Source of the DNA: an uncultured Clostridia bacterium
GTDB lineage: Bacteria; Bacillota; Clostridia; Christensenellales; UBA1242
Direction: 5' to 3'
Length of the DNA: 64,000 nucleotides
Assembly (NCBI GenBank): GCA_947366545.1
Contig: CANBAL010000001.1
Coordinates: forward strand, 50,168-114,167
This document shows, piece after piece, positions 28,001-36,085 of the stretch. The notes under the pieces were generated by a model, which made no database searches, was not told where the DNA came from, and saw nothing but the letters and a program-made list of their open reading frames with translations. The position numbers were made by a program, and so were the translations under genes. Within the stretch, counting starts at the first letter, position 1. Every line of letters begins with the position of its first letter.

Positions 28001-28186
28001 CTCCCGTGACGAAGTAACAATAGTGGCGGTTTTGCCAAGACTTAAAAAGGCACGCCTATATTTACCGGCACTAGCAAAATCACTACACAAAAAAACAAGG
28101 CGATTTTTTTCACCTAGTAATATTACCTTTTCGCCTTCGCCTACCCCCGAGACAAATTTATTTGACAAAATGGCGTCTAATTTCAT
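25073..28186 (-). CDS. mfd: Transcription-repair coupling factor
   Basis: It has a UvrB-like N-terminal module (GEFALRGDILDIF...RIEFFGDEIE), a CarD/TRCF RNAP-interacting domain (GDYVVHTFHGIG), and SF2 translocase motifs (GDVGFGKTEVA, DEEQRFG). Confidence 0.92.
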   Translation of the reverse strand: MKLDAILSNKFVSGVGEGEKVILLGEKNRLVFLCSDFASAGKYRRAFLSLGKTATIVTSSREGKQEKDANLIPYVSALNGFLTGNIDILLVLPCSALTKLDLAIYKESVSLMAGEEHELTNLTTKLINLGYTREDLVTKEGEFALRGDILDIFVVGESNPYRIEFFGDEIEAMYTFDPASMKNIKPLKSCKILPAVLRVGEDDIFSLEGYKVIDEPKRIEDEFELLLKSYSSLSYFKREDYPYFEDLSSKADLIFNSPYFNENAYENHKLPSRSYLTDFMALKQDLLSALQMNLGIILYAGDRKEKLKEFLTENGLIFHDYEKEVLQQGKIYVSSQSFPFSYSFLKERVLAIGIDSLFKQNVSTFTKGKHAVFYLPKLGDYVVHTFHGIGKCISIERLKLGDYEKDYFVIEYKGGGILYLPSEEANTISAYVGSEINPRLSSLGGAEFSRLKARVKSGLKEMAISLTEIYNERQHAKGYKFKRDEFLDKKFADAFGFNETNDQLKAIADIEKDMESDKIMDRLICGDVGFGKTEVALRAAFKSIYNGKQVALLCPTTILSQQHYLTAKKRMEEFGVKVEVLNRFKTTREVKDILTRLKEGQVDMLIGTHRLLGKDVVFKDLGLLILDEEQRFGVEDKEKIKNAKRSVDVLSLSATPIPRTLNMSLSGIRDISIIETPPRERLPIQTYVTEQTDELIKDVLSRELARGGISFIIYNRVETIVEFASFIRHLVPKARVGIAHGQMAERELEGIINKLYEGEYDILISTTLIENGIDLPQANSMLIVDADKLGLGQLYQIRGRIGRSDKLSYAYLLYDKNKIMTEDAYKRLSAIKEFSELGSGFKIAMRDLEIRGAGNIFGKAQHGHIEKVGYDMFVKLLDEAVKELQGKKVDAENDVKLEISLDAYILEDYISSSDERILMYTKISNISSEEEENELLKSMEDGFGTVPQEVKNLCRLALLKNLAAKFGIIKVRINSTTCSLTLNKSEDIIPRSLANNLKEFGGVLSFDSLPKISFNMMANSQQKVDRMISLLLASEVK

Positions 28187-28683
28187 AATTTCTCCATTAT
28201 CATTTTAGAGGCCTCTTCTATTGCCTTATCAAAAGTCTCTTTGTCCTTAATTTTTGACAGCACAAAATCGGCAAGGTCAAGGCTTTCATCCCTGCCCGCA
28301 CCTATCTTTACTCTTTCAAAATCTTCTCCGATATAGGAGACTATACTCCTTAAACCATTATGTGTGCCGCTACTTCCTCTCTCGCGATAGCGTACCTTGC
28401 CAGCAGGAAGGTCAATGTCATCCACCACCACCAAAATTTTTGCATCCTTATATTTCTTTTTGAGTAGTACCACCGCCTGCCCGCTGTTATTCATGTAGGT
28501 CTCAGGCTTTACAAGAATAAACTTGTCCTTCCCTCTGCCCTCGGCAATACTTGATTTGCAGGAATGTTTTGAAAAAATTACTCCCAAGTCCTTTGCGAGT
28601 TTATCCACCACCATAAAACCTAAGTTATGATAGGTGTTTTCATATCTTGTCCCTACATTGCCTAGTCCTACAACAATATACAT
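28183..28683 (-). CDS. pth: Peptidyl-tRNA hydrolase
   Basis: MYIVVGLGNVGTRYENTYHNLGF...GTHNGLRSI are canonical Pth motifs. Its stop overlaps the mfd start by 4 nt. Confidence 0.92.
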   Translation of the reverse strand: MYIVVGLGNVGTRYENTYHNLGFMVVDKLAKDLGVIFSKHSCKSSIAEGRGKDKFILVKPETYMNNSGQAVVLLKKKYKDAKILVVVDDIDLPAGKVRYRERGSSGTHNGLRSIVSYIGEDFERVKIGAGRDESLDLADFVLSKIKDKETFDKAIEEASKMIMEKL

Positions 28684-28684
28684 C

Positions 28685-29542
28685 CTAACCTTCTTGATTT
28701 ATTAGTTTCTCAAATGGCCCTATACTTGACCCTTCTTTTACCTTACTCTTCTCAATATAACTTGAAACGACATAACTATTTTGTGCAACAATACTATCAC
28801 TGATAACGTTATTAGCGTCCAGTATCGCATTTTTGCCGATATAGGTTTGCCCCCTTAAAATATTGTTTGGATATATGGTTGCACCACTTTCAATTTCGAC
28901 ATCCGCGTCAATAAATATACTATCTTCGCCATACATGATAACGCCATTATCAAGGTGGAACTTTTTGATTTTATCATACAAATATTTTGATACTCTTGCA
29001 AGTGCCCTTGCATTATCAACCACATAAAAAGCCTTTTGACTGAAATCCATAACCTTGCCAGAAACAAAACTATCATTATTCCTTACAAACTCGGTCTTGA
29101 ACACATAGCCCTTTGGAAGAGCAAGAGCATTCATACCGTTCTTGCAAAAATAGTCCATAACCTTATAGAAGGTTTGTTTATCAAGTAGCGGAGTGCTTGA
29201 ATAGAAAACCGCCATATATGGTTTCTCGGTTTGAATAGTCTTTAAAGTGGAGAAAATGTCCGCTGGTACATTAATCACTTTTTCTTCACAGCCACTGCCT
29301 GCAATCAAAACCCAATCAATCATTTTTTTGCCGCATAAATCAAGGTTGTAACTTTCTTTTCCAAGTCCGTTACCCTCTTTAACCACTATGAATAAAACCT
29401 CTTCATCTATCCAATCGTGATTTCTTGCCGTCAAAAAGCCTTCGGGCAGAAGCGTGCTTTCCTCTTCCTCATTTTCTAATGATGAAAAATCAAACTCTAT
29501 TTGATTTTCACATATTGTCAATATGTCTTCTTCTCTTTCCAT
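28685..29542 (-). CDS. Degenerate, C-terminally truncated GlmU-like protein (nucleotidyltransferase fold plus partial left-handed beta-helix)
   Basis: ARALARVSKYLYDKIKKFHLDNGVIMYGEDSIFIDADVEIESGATIYPNNILRGQTYIGKNAILDANNVISDSIVAQNSYVVSSYIEKSKVKEGSSIGPF aligns with the GlmU linker and first hexapeptide turns. The N-terminal LAAG.GTRM motif is replaced by VKEGNGLGKE. The ORF ends where the acetyltransferase active site would begin. I chose the start at 29542 because it is the only Met with a promoter. Confidence 0.55.
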   Translation of the reverse strand: MEREEDILTICENQIEFDFSSLENEEEESTLLPEGFLTARNHDWIDEEVLFIVVKEGNGLGKESYNLDLCGKKMIDWVLIAGSGCEEKVINVPADIFSTLKTIQTEKPYMAVFYSSTPLLDKQTFYKVMDYFCKNGMNALALPKGYVFKTEFVRNNDSFVSGKVMDFSQKAFYVVDNARALARVSKYLYDKIKKFHLDNGVIMYGEDSIFIDADVEIESGATIYPNNILRGQTYIGKNAILDANNVISDSIVAQNSYVVSSYIEKSKVKEGSSIGPFEKLINQEG

Positions 29543-29548
29543 GATTAA

Positions 29549-29577
29549 AGTATACTTTTTTGAAAAATCTTTGTCAA
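29549..29577 (-). promoter_or_regulatory. Promoter placed for a leaderless transcript of the GlmU-like gene (TTGACA-17-TATACT, 6 nt, ATG)
   Basis: The minus strand reads TTGACAaagatttttcaaaaaagTATACTttaatcATGGAA. No SD is present. Confidence 0.5.
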
Positions 29578-29680
29578 CAATTAAAAGGGTAACTATTCTC
29601 ATTAAAATGAAAACTTGTATCAATTTTAGTTTTATTTAATTTTTAAATATGTTAAAATTACATCTATAAAAGGAGAAATT

Positions 29681-30823
29681 ATGAAATCTAAAGGTAAAAT
29701 TTTTGGATTTATGGCTATTAGTTTACTTTTAACTGTTGTTTCAGCAATAGGAGGCTTTATCACACCTACCTTAGGGCAGGAAGAGGCGCGTGCCACTACG
29801 CTTACAAACACCACCCTTTCCACCACCATTTATGATAGGAATGACGGAGAGCTTACTACCACAGACAGCGGAACATATGTTGATAACATAAGTGACAGCA
29901 CAAAAAACCTTACCTTCCATGCTTACTCTTGGGATCAGGTTAAAAAAATTCAATTTAATGGTATCAGAGGAAGTGAAATACCACCTTTTGACTCCTATAA
30001 CTTAAGTGTGAAGGTGGAATATGCACCTATGTATGTAACCGCTACTGGTTTTTCTGATGTAAAACAAACTTTTGAAAGGGTTTTAGTAAGAGATGAGGTA
30101 AGCAATATTTATAATCTTGAAAGCGAAAACCTTAACTATTATTTTGACCCTTCCTCTCTTTCCACATCTGAGGCCACTAAGAACCATGGTTTTGGTTGGG
30201 GGCTTTATAGATTTACCCTTCAAATTGGGCCAAATGTCGAGGGCGAAAGTGGACTACAATATTACAACTGCGAATCCGACCTTATTGTAATTAAACCAAC
30301 CGTCCCTACCGAGGCACCTGTTTTTGTAGAAAACAAAGACAATATCAGTGAGTTTACCACTCCCGTAGTAACCTGTGACCCTGTATCTAGCACAACTATG
30401 CAATGGGCATACCAATTTACAATTTCAAACGACACCAAATACACTTATTGTGATCAAAAACAAATTAGGTGGTATGTAACAGGCACCGCCACCGATGGCA
30501 CCCCTTATGTGCTTACAGAGCTTGATCGTACCCGCCCAGAATTTGCTGGCTATCGCCATAGTATATTTGAAGGTGAAGTTGATAGAAATGGGCTTGTCTT
30601 CACCTTTGACAGTAACGGCGTTGGTGGAGAATGGAAGGTATATTGTGAGGTAACAAACATAAGCACTGGCGAAACATTCCGATGTGAAGAGATGACAGTA
30701 ACCACTGCAACAAAAATGAATGCAAACACAATCTATATTATTATCGGTGCGTGTGGTACGGTTGTACTGATTGCAGTTATTCTTATAATAATATTCACTA
30801 AAAAGAAAGAAAAAGTATGGTAA
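29681..30823 (+). CDS. Type I membrane-anchored surface protein, function unknown
   Basis: It has an SD (AAAGGAGAAATT-ATG), an N-terminal signal peptide, a beta-rich ectodomain, and a C-terminal TM helix with a positive stop-transfer sequence (IIGACGTVVLIAVILIIIFTKKKEK). Confidence 0.6.
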   Translation: MKSKGKIFGFMAISLLLTVVSAIGGFITPTLGQEEARATTLTNTTLSTTIYDRNDGELTTTDSGTYVDNISDSTKNLTFHAYSWDQVKKIQFNGIRGSEIPPFDSYNLSVKVEYAPMYVTATGFSDVKQTFERVLVRDEVSNIYNLESENLNYYFDPSSLSTSEATKNHGFGWGLYRFTLQIGPNVEGESGLQYYNCESDLIVIKPTVPTEAPVFVENKDNISEFTTPVVTCDPVSSTTMQWAYQFTISNDTKYTYCDQKQIRWYVTGTATDGTPYVLTELDRTRPEFAGYRHSIFEGEVDRNGLVFTFDSNGVGGEWKVYCEVTNISTGETFRCEEMTVTTATKMNANTIYIIIGACGTVVLIAVILIIIFTKKKEKVW

Positions 30824-30826
30824 AAT

Positions 30827-30854
30827 AAAACACTGGACTAGCCAGTGTTTTTTT
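30827..30854. terminator. Bidirectional terminator between convergent genes
   Basis: AACACTGG-actag-CCAGTGTT is flanked by an A-run and a T-run. Confidence 0.65.
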
Positions 30855-31248
30855 ATAATATATTATGAACATTCGCGCCCATAAAATGAAGATAATTATC
30901 AGCATAATATTTAATTGACGATATGCTAACTTTAAGTGCGTCTATATCATTATTCCCTACATAGGATTTCATTTTTGAAATTTCCGTACCTATTTCTTGT
31001 ATGCTTTTGTGGTTTACCATATAACATAATGTTGACTCATTATTTGTCCAGTTATATTCAAGGTTATCAACAAGAAGTGACATTTCCATTGAATTAATAT
31101 TTTCACTTGTTGCAAGCACCTGTTCTATTTCGTAGCAATCCCGTTTCACTTGATTTAAACTGTTGTTGACAGCGACATCTTCAAGGACGCAAATTGCAAT
31201 TATAAAGAGAAAAATAAAAACAAAATTTACATAGTGAAATACTTTCAT
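30853..31248 (-). CDS. DUF4363-like small membrane-anchored protein
   Basis: It has an N-terminal TM helix and a helical body. It overlaps the upstream DUF421 gene by 4 nt, the usual DUF421/DUF4363 pairing in Clostridia. Confidence 0.45.
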   Translation of the reverse strand: MKVFHYVNFVFIFLFIIAICVLEDVAVNNSLNQVKRDCYEIEQVLATSENINSMEMSLLVDNLEYNWTNNESTLCYMVNHKSIQEIGTEISKMKSYVGNNDIDALKVSISSIKYYADNYLHFMGANVHNIL

Positions 31249-31952
31249 GATTTCACCTCACATTCAAAACTTTTTCCCTCCCCCTTCATAAACTGAATAT
31301 AGGACTGACCTGCCTTATCTACTGTGAGTATGAGTACCTGCTTTAATTTGTCGCCACCCTGCTGTTTGATGATTTTTAACACCTTCTCCATATCCATATT
31401 TGCAAGAGCAACATTCTCTTTCATGAGTTTACCTTCGCTGACAAGAGTGATAGGGATGAAACTTTCTTCTTCCTCTATCTTTAACCCTCCGTTTGTCGCG
31501 GGGCTGTATTCCGCCTTTGGCAATACGCTTACCTTTCCATTGGTTTCCATGATAGCATACTGCACCTGTGAAATACTGAAATACCCGCATCCGCGCAAGG
31601 CAGACAAAATATCATCTATTGTAAGATTTAATTGTTTCATTGCATTTTGGTCTAGTCCCTTTGGATTAATAATAATTACAGGCTTTCCACTTACAACCTT
31701 TGAAAAGGTGGTGCTTGTTTTAGTAAGAAGTGTAAGTATAAAATGTAAAACCGAAAGCGTCAACAAAGGAATGATGCCATGCAGCACCGGCACCGATACC
31801 TCCGCCATTGGTATTGTTGCAAGGTCTGCAATGATAAGGGTAAGGACAAGTTCAAAAGGTTGCATTTGTCCTATCTGGCGCTTACCCATTAATCTAAATA
31901 CCAAAAGCACTATGATATATATTATTATCGATCTAACTACTATCGTTAACAT
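31245..31952 (-). CDS. DUF421 (YetF/YrbG-like) membrane protein
   Basis: MLTIVVRSIIIYIIVLLVFRLMGKRQIGQMQPFELVLTLIIADLA is the family N-terminus. I moved the start to 31952 so it no longer overlaps the upstream gene (stop at 31981). Confidence 0.7.
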   Translation of the reverse strand: MLTIVVRSIIIYIIVLLVFRLMGKRQIGQMQPFELVLTLIIADLATIPMAEVSVPVLHGIIPLLTLSVLHFILTLLTKTSTTFSKVVSGKPVIIINPKGLDQNAMKQLNLTIDDILSALRGCGYFSISQVQYAIMETNGKVSVLPKAEYSPATNGGLKIEEEESFIPITLVSEGKLMKENVALANMDMEKVLKIIKQQGGDKLKQVLILTVDKAGQSYIQFMKGEGKSFECEVKS

Positions 31953-31980
31953 AGCAGTATTATTGACATATTTCTTTTTT

Positions 31981-33537
31981 TTAACGCTTTTTTGTGAAAA
32001 GTTTCTTAATTTTGAAGAGTTTTGAGTTTTTAGGTTTAATTTTTTCCCTTGCAAGTATGATGAAAGAATGCAGGTTTATCACATCAAACACATTACATAG
32101 CAGCACAAAACTTACCACCGATACTATGCCGCCTATTGCCAGCGACACAAAGAGTGGGAAAACATGACTGCATAAACTTGATATAAAACTTGTTAATGCG
32201 GCGGACGGAATTATCAAAAGTATCATAATTGCAAGCGGTTTTAAAATATTTAAGTGCACCTTTATCTTCCGCTTTAACATGAGACTATTTAATACGGCGG
32301 TGACTATAAAACTTGCACCCATTCCCCAGACAAGTGCATTAATGCCAACAAGGGAAGGTAGGAACCAAATCGCAATAAACATTACGATTGCACCCACAAA
32401 GTAGTTAATAAAACCCTTTATCTCTAAGCCAAGGGAATTGAGAAGAGCGGAGGTTATGTTTGTTATCCCTAGCGGGATTAATACCCAAGCGGATGCCTGC
32501 AAAAGTGTGCCACTTAGTGCATTATCATAGAGGAACAGGCCTGCCCCCTCGCCTAATGCTAGATAGGCGGGAACAAACAGGCATGATATAAAAAGTGAGA
32601 AAATTATTGAAGACCTAACCCGCCTTTTTATATGCTCATTATCATTTTGTGCCATAGCGGCCGACATGTCTGGAATAAGTGCGGTGGAAAGTGAGCCTAT
32701 AATCGTGGTTGGAACAAACAATAGTGGCATTGTCATTCCAACAGCAACACCATAAATTGAAAGTGCTTGGGAGGCTGTATAACCGATAGCACTTAGTCTT
32801 GCCGGAATGATAAGTGCTATAATAGGCTGTATCAAACTGCCCGCAACCCTTATGCCTGTGATAGGCGTGGACTGTTTGACAAGTGGTTTGAAGATATCTT
32901 TGCTAGGCTTTGACATTTTTCCGCCAAAGAAGAAAAAGAGCAGTATTACAAAAATCATGGACATTAGGCAGGCTATAGTTAAACTCCATGCCACTGAGGT
33001 TGCATTTTCAATAGCAGTCAGCGTGCCGCCGATTATTATTACGCAAATGAAAATTCTGACAATTTGCTCATAAAGTTCACTAAAACATAGGGCAAAATAG
33101 TTGTTTTGTCCCCAAAGAGCACCTCGAAATACGCTGTAAACAGAAGAAAAGACCAGACTTGGAAGAAGAACAATCAAAATGCCAATACATCTTGAATCAG
33201 TAAAAAGCGAAGCAAACACATTTTTAAACAGCAGCACAACAAGGCACAATATTACACTTAAAATCACGGAAAATATAAGCGACACTGTGACAAGGCTGCC
33301 CTCGCTTTTGCTCTCACCTTTGGCACGGAACTTTGCTGTCATGCGGGATATAATAAGCGGCAGTCCGCTTGAAACAATCGTGAGCAGCACCATAAATATA
33401 GAAAATGCAACTTGATATAATCCTAAGGACTCCGCACCTATGGTCCTTGACAAATATATACGAAAGAAAAACCCACAAATACGGGTTAGGACAGAAAAAA
33501 AGGTTATAAGTGCCACCGTTTTAAATAAAGATTTCAT
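31981..33537 (-). CDS. SpoVB/MurJ-family MOP flippase (polysaccharide biosynthesis protein)
   Basis: LTRICGFFFRIYLSRTIGAESLGLYQVAFSIFMVLLTIVSSGLPLIISRMTA matches the SpoVB-type N-terminus. The protein has about 14 TM helices. Confidence 0.7.
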   Translation of the reverse strand: MKSLFKTVALITFFSVLTRICGFFFRIYLSRTIGAESLGLYQVAFSIFMVLLTIVSSGLPLIISRMTAKFRAKGESKSEGSLVTVSLIFSVILSVILCLVVLLFKNVFASLFTDSRCIGILIVLLPSLVFSSVYSVFRGALWGQNNYFALCFSELYEQIVRIFICVIIIGGTLTAIENATSVAWSLTIACLMSMIFVILLFFFFGGKMSKPSKDIFKPLVKQSTPITGIRVAGSLIQPIIALIIPARLSAIGYTASQALSIYGVAVGMTMPLLFVPTTIIGSLSTALIPDMSAAMAQNDNEHIKRRVRSSIIFSLFISCLFVPAYLALGEGAGLFLYDNALSGTLLQASAWVLIPLGITNITSALLNSLGLEIKGFINYFVGAIVMFIAIWFLPSLVGINALVWGMGASFIVTAVLNSLMLKRKIKVHLNILKPLAIMILLIIPSAALTSFISSLCSHVFPLFVSLAIGGIVSVVSFVLLCNVFDVINLHSFIILAREKIKPKNSKLFKIKKLFTKKR

Positions 33538-33603
33538 ATCATCTCCTTTTATATTTGTATTAAGTTTGTCCCGAGTTTAATACAATAAATTAAAGGAGAA
33601 ATT

Positions 33604-33762
33604 ATGAAAAAATATAAAGATGAAATTTATGTTGTAAAAAAAGAGGACACTTTATCCTCTATCGCCACCGCTTATGGCGTCAACCCTGTCACAATTCTAG
33701 TTTCAAACAACTGCACCCCTAAGATGATAAAAGAGGGACTTATTCTTTATATAAAACACTAG
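33604..33762 (+). CDS. 52-aa stand-alone LysM domain protein (below ORF-track size cutoff)
   Basis: SD AAAGGAGAAATT-ATG. The translation is MKKYKDEIYVVKKEDTLSSIATAYGVNPVTILVSNNCTPKMIKEGLILYIKH, which follows the LysM pattern Y.V.kGDTL..IA..yGv....l...N. Confidence 0.6.
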   Translation: MKKYKDEIYVVKKEDTLSSIATAYGVNPVTILVSNNCTPKMIKEGLILYIKH

Positions 33763-33763
33763 G

Positions 33764-34477
33764 CTATCTTTTGCTTTTAAAGACATTTTTTAAGTAATTT
33801 TCTATTTGTGGCTTATATTTTGTTGATAAATATATGCTTATCACCACAAACACAAAAAACACCGCCCATACTATAAGCCCCCAACCATGATAAGGTATTA
33901 TTTGCCCACTGGTGAAATAGGATGTCAAAAATATTCCTATTGGACGGGTGACAAGTTGGGTTATCATGAAGAAAAGCCAACTCATATCAGTAAGCCCTGC
34001 CACAAGGCAGAGTATATCGTCTGGGAAGAAGGGAAGAAGCATCATAAGGACAAAACTATATTTCCCGTTGCTTAAAAACTTTGTCCATTTTTCACAACTT
34101 TCCTTTCCAACCATAAACACAACAATCTTCTTTCCGAAACTCCTTCCAAGTGCAAAGGCCACCGCACTGCCAAGAAGGATGCCTGCAAGACTTAATAGTC
34201 CCGCTTGGAACGGGCCATATATCAGCGAACCCGCTACCACCAAAATTGGTGAGGGAATTGGAATAAAAGTAACCTGTAAAAACTGGAACACTACGAACAC
34301 AACTCTGCCATAAAAGCCAAGGCCAAGAATTAGATTTTTAAGTTTTTCTACCGAATTTACATACTCCCACCAACCTGTCGCTTTTAAAATAAAATACATC
34401 GCCACAAGAAATGCCACAATTAAGAATATGACAAGACTTGTGCGAAGTATTTTTTGTTTCTTTGACAAAGTTTCCAT
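33764..34477 (-). CDS. TVP38/TMEM64 (DedA-related) family membrane protein
   Basis: FIPIPSPILVVAGSLIYGPFQAGLLSLAGILLGSAVAFALGRSFGKK is the family core. There is no SD. TATAAT lies 6 nt upstream of the ATG (34484..34489), but the -35 is poor. Confidence 0.7.
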   Translation of the reverse strand: METLSKKQKILRTSLVIFLIVAFLVAMYFILKATGWWEYVNSVEKLKNLILGLGFYGRVVFVVFQFLQVTFIPIPSPILVVAGSLIYGPFQAGLLSLAGILLGSAVAFALGRSFGKKIVVFMVGKESCEKWTKFLSNGKYSFVLMMLLPFFPDDILCLVAGLTDMSWLFFMITQLVTRPIGIFLTSYFTSGQIIPYHGWGLIVWAVFFVFVVISIYLSTKYKPQIENYLKNVFKSKR

Positions 34478-34509
34478 AGTGTTATTATAAGTTAATCACG
34501 ACAAAATTA

Positions 34510-36021
34510 TTATGGATTATACTCGCTTGGACTCAACTTTTCTATTTTGTTTTTTATGCGCTCCTCACTTTCACTTGTAACCTTTTGTGCAGGAATGCGT
34601 TTTACATTGCTTGCAGGAAGGGTCATCCCTTCGCCAAGAGTCTCTTTCCCCTCAACTATCAGTCCGCTTTGTGGATAATAGTAATCATGGCGTACCAATT
34701 TTTCTTTTACAACCTTTCCGTCTTTTAAGTACTGTACATAGCCTTTGGACTCATAACCCTCTCTTGGGTATTTAAGCCTATGGTACTCACCTTTATATAA
34801 CACAAAATTTGTGTACTCGCCGCTATTGTCTTGGATTATCTTATCACCGTCGTGCGGCAAGATTTTAACAAACTCAGCACGAGTTTTTATTTCCTCCCCT
34901 TCCTCAAATGGTTGTCCATATATTTCTACATGTGCTTTGTTGTCATCCCCATATGCCTTTATATAGATTGGGCAGTCAAGTGTGTTTTTAAAAACAAGGT
35001 CAGAATAGCCTTCACTTACCATGGCGTCAAAAGAAAGTGGCACATAAGAGGCAGGTAAAGAATGATGAGAAGAGGCAAGCACCTCAACATCGGCTAAGAG
35101 CAAAGCATTGTATAAAGTGGTGGATGCCTGACATACGCCACCGCCTGCACCAGATACATATACGCCGTTCATAATTATATTTGCCTTTTTGTAACCATTT
35201 TCCACCGTGCGTGGACCTGTAACTGCGTTGAAAGAAACCTCTTCCCCCACCGCAACTATCTTTCCGTTGAAGGCCGAGAGAGCCTTTTTCACATTGCTTT
35301 TTCTATCGTTTGAAGATGTGGCATAACTTGTTTCAAAACTAGAACGCAGAGCAATTTGTTTCAGCATGGCCTCTTTATCTATATTTGGCACAACCTCGGT
35401 GGTCGGCAGCTCTATCGACACTTTATCAGCATTTTTAAGTGCCTCATCAAGTTTTGAATTGAGTGCATCTCTATCTACTTTTAATGCCTTAGCCCCCTCG
35501 CGTACCGAAAACATTTTTTCACTATCTGGATTAAAAACCACTTGTGCATTTTCAGCGTGTGTTTCCACCTCCGAAATTATATTTTCAAGTTTTTCATCAA
35601 GTCCGCCAAGTACATTTTTATAGGAAATGTTGACATTAAGCCCCTCTTTCCTTACCTTGTTTTCTATCTTCTTTTTGGCAAAGATGTTGCCTTCTCTGCC
35701 ATATTTCAAAACCTCTGATATCGGTTTTGATATAGAATTTTTTGCTTCAAACTCATCACCTTTAAGCAGCCAGTTTTCACCGCCATGGGTAAGGGTTATT
35801 TCAATATTCCCCCGCTTTTCAAGCATTTTATTTGCAACTATTTCTTCTGCCTCTTTACTTGTCATTCCCGAAACATCCACACCATTTATATGAGTGTTAT
35901 TATAAAAAGTGGTGCTTTCATTAAGCCCGTCTCCAAAATAAAACTGACAAAAAAGCAGCAGTCCTACTGCCAAGACTGACACCGACATAAGCCAGATAAA
36001 TGATCCCTTTTTCTTAGCCAT
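34510..36021 (-). CDS. VanW family protein (membrane-anchored)
   Basis: GGGVCQASTTLYNALLLADVEVLASSHHSLPASYVPLSFDAMVSEGYSDLVFKN is the VanW domain core. An N-terminal TM anchor is present. Confidence 0.75.
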   Translation of the reverse strand: MAKKKGSFIWLMSVSVLAVGLLLFCQFYFGDGLNESTTFYNNTHINGVDVSGMTSKEAEEIVANKMLEKRGNIEITLTHGGENWLLKGDEFEAKNSISKPISEVLKYGREGNIFAKKKIENKVRKEGLNVNISYKNVLGGLDEKLENIISEVETHAENAQVVFNPDSEKMFSVREGAKALKVDRDALNSKLDEALKNADKVSIELPTTEVVPNIDKEAMLKQIALRSSFETSYATSSNDRKSNVKKALSAFNGKIVAVGEEVSFNAVTGPRTVENGYKKANIIMNGVYVSGAGGGVCQASTTLYNALLLADVEVLASSHHSLPASYVPLSFDAMVSEGYSDLVFKNTLDCPIYIKAYGDDNKAHVEIYGQPFEEGEEIKTRAEFVKILPHDGDKIIQDNSGEYTNFVLYKGEYHRLKYPREGYESKGYVQYLKDGKVVKEKLVRHDYYYPQSGLIVEGKETLGEGMTLPASNVKRIPAQKVTSESEERIKNKIEKLSPSEYNP

Positions 36022-36053
36022 CTTTTCCTCTTATGTCTAGTATGAATGTTTTA

Positions 36054-36085
36054 ACAAAAAAATATACAAGCAGCCGCTTGCATAT
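36054..36085 (-). terminator. Hairpin plus U-tract after the P-type ATPase gene
   Basis: The minus strand reads GCAAGC-ggct-GCTTG, extended by A/T pairs, then TTTTTTTGT. Confidence 0.4.

Noticed and set aside
31324-32025. A 233-aa + strand ORF
   Set aside because: It is antisense to the well-supported DUF421 gene, has a Ser/Phe/Ile-rich low-complexity translation, and lacks an SD.
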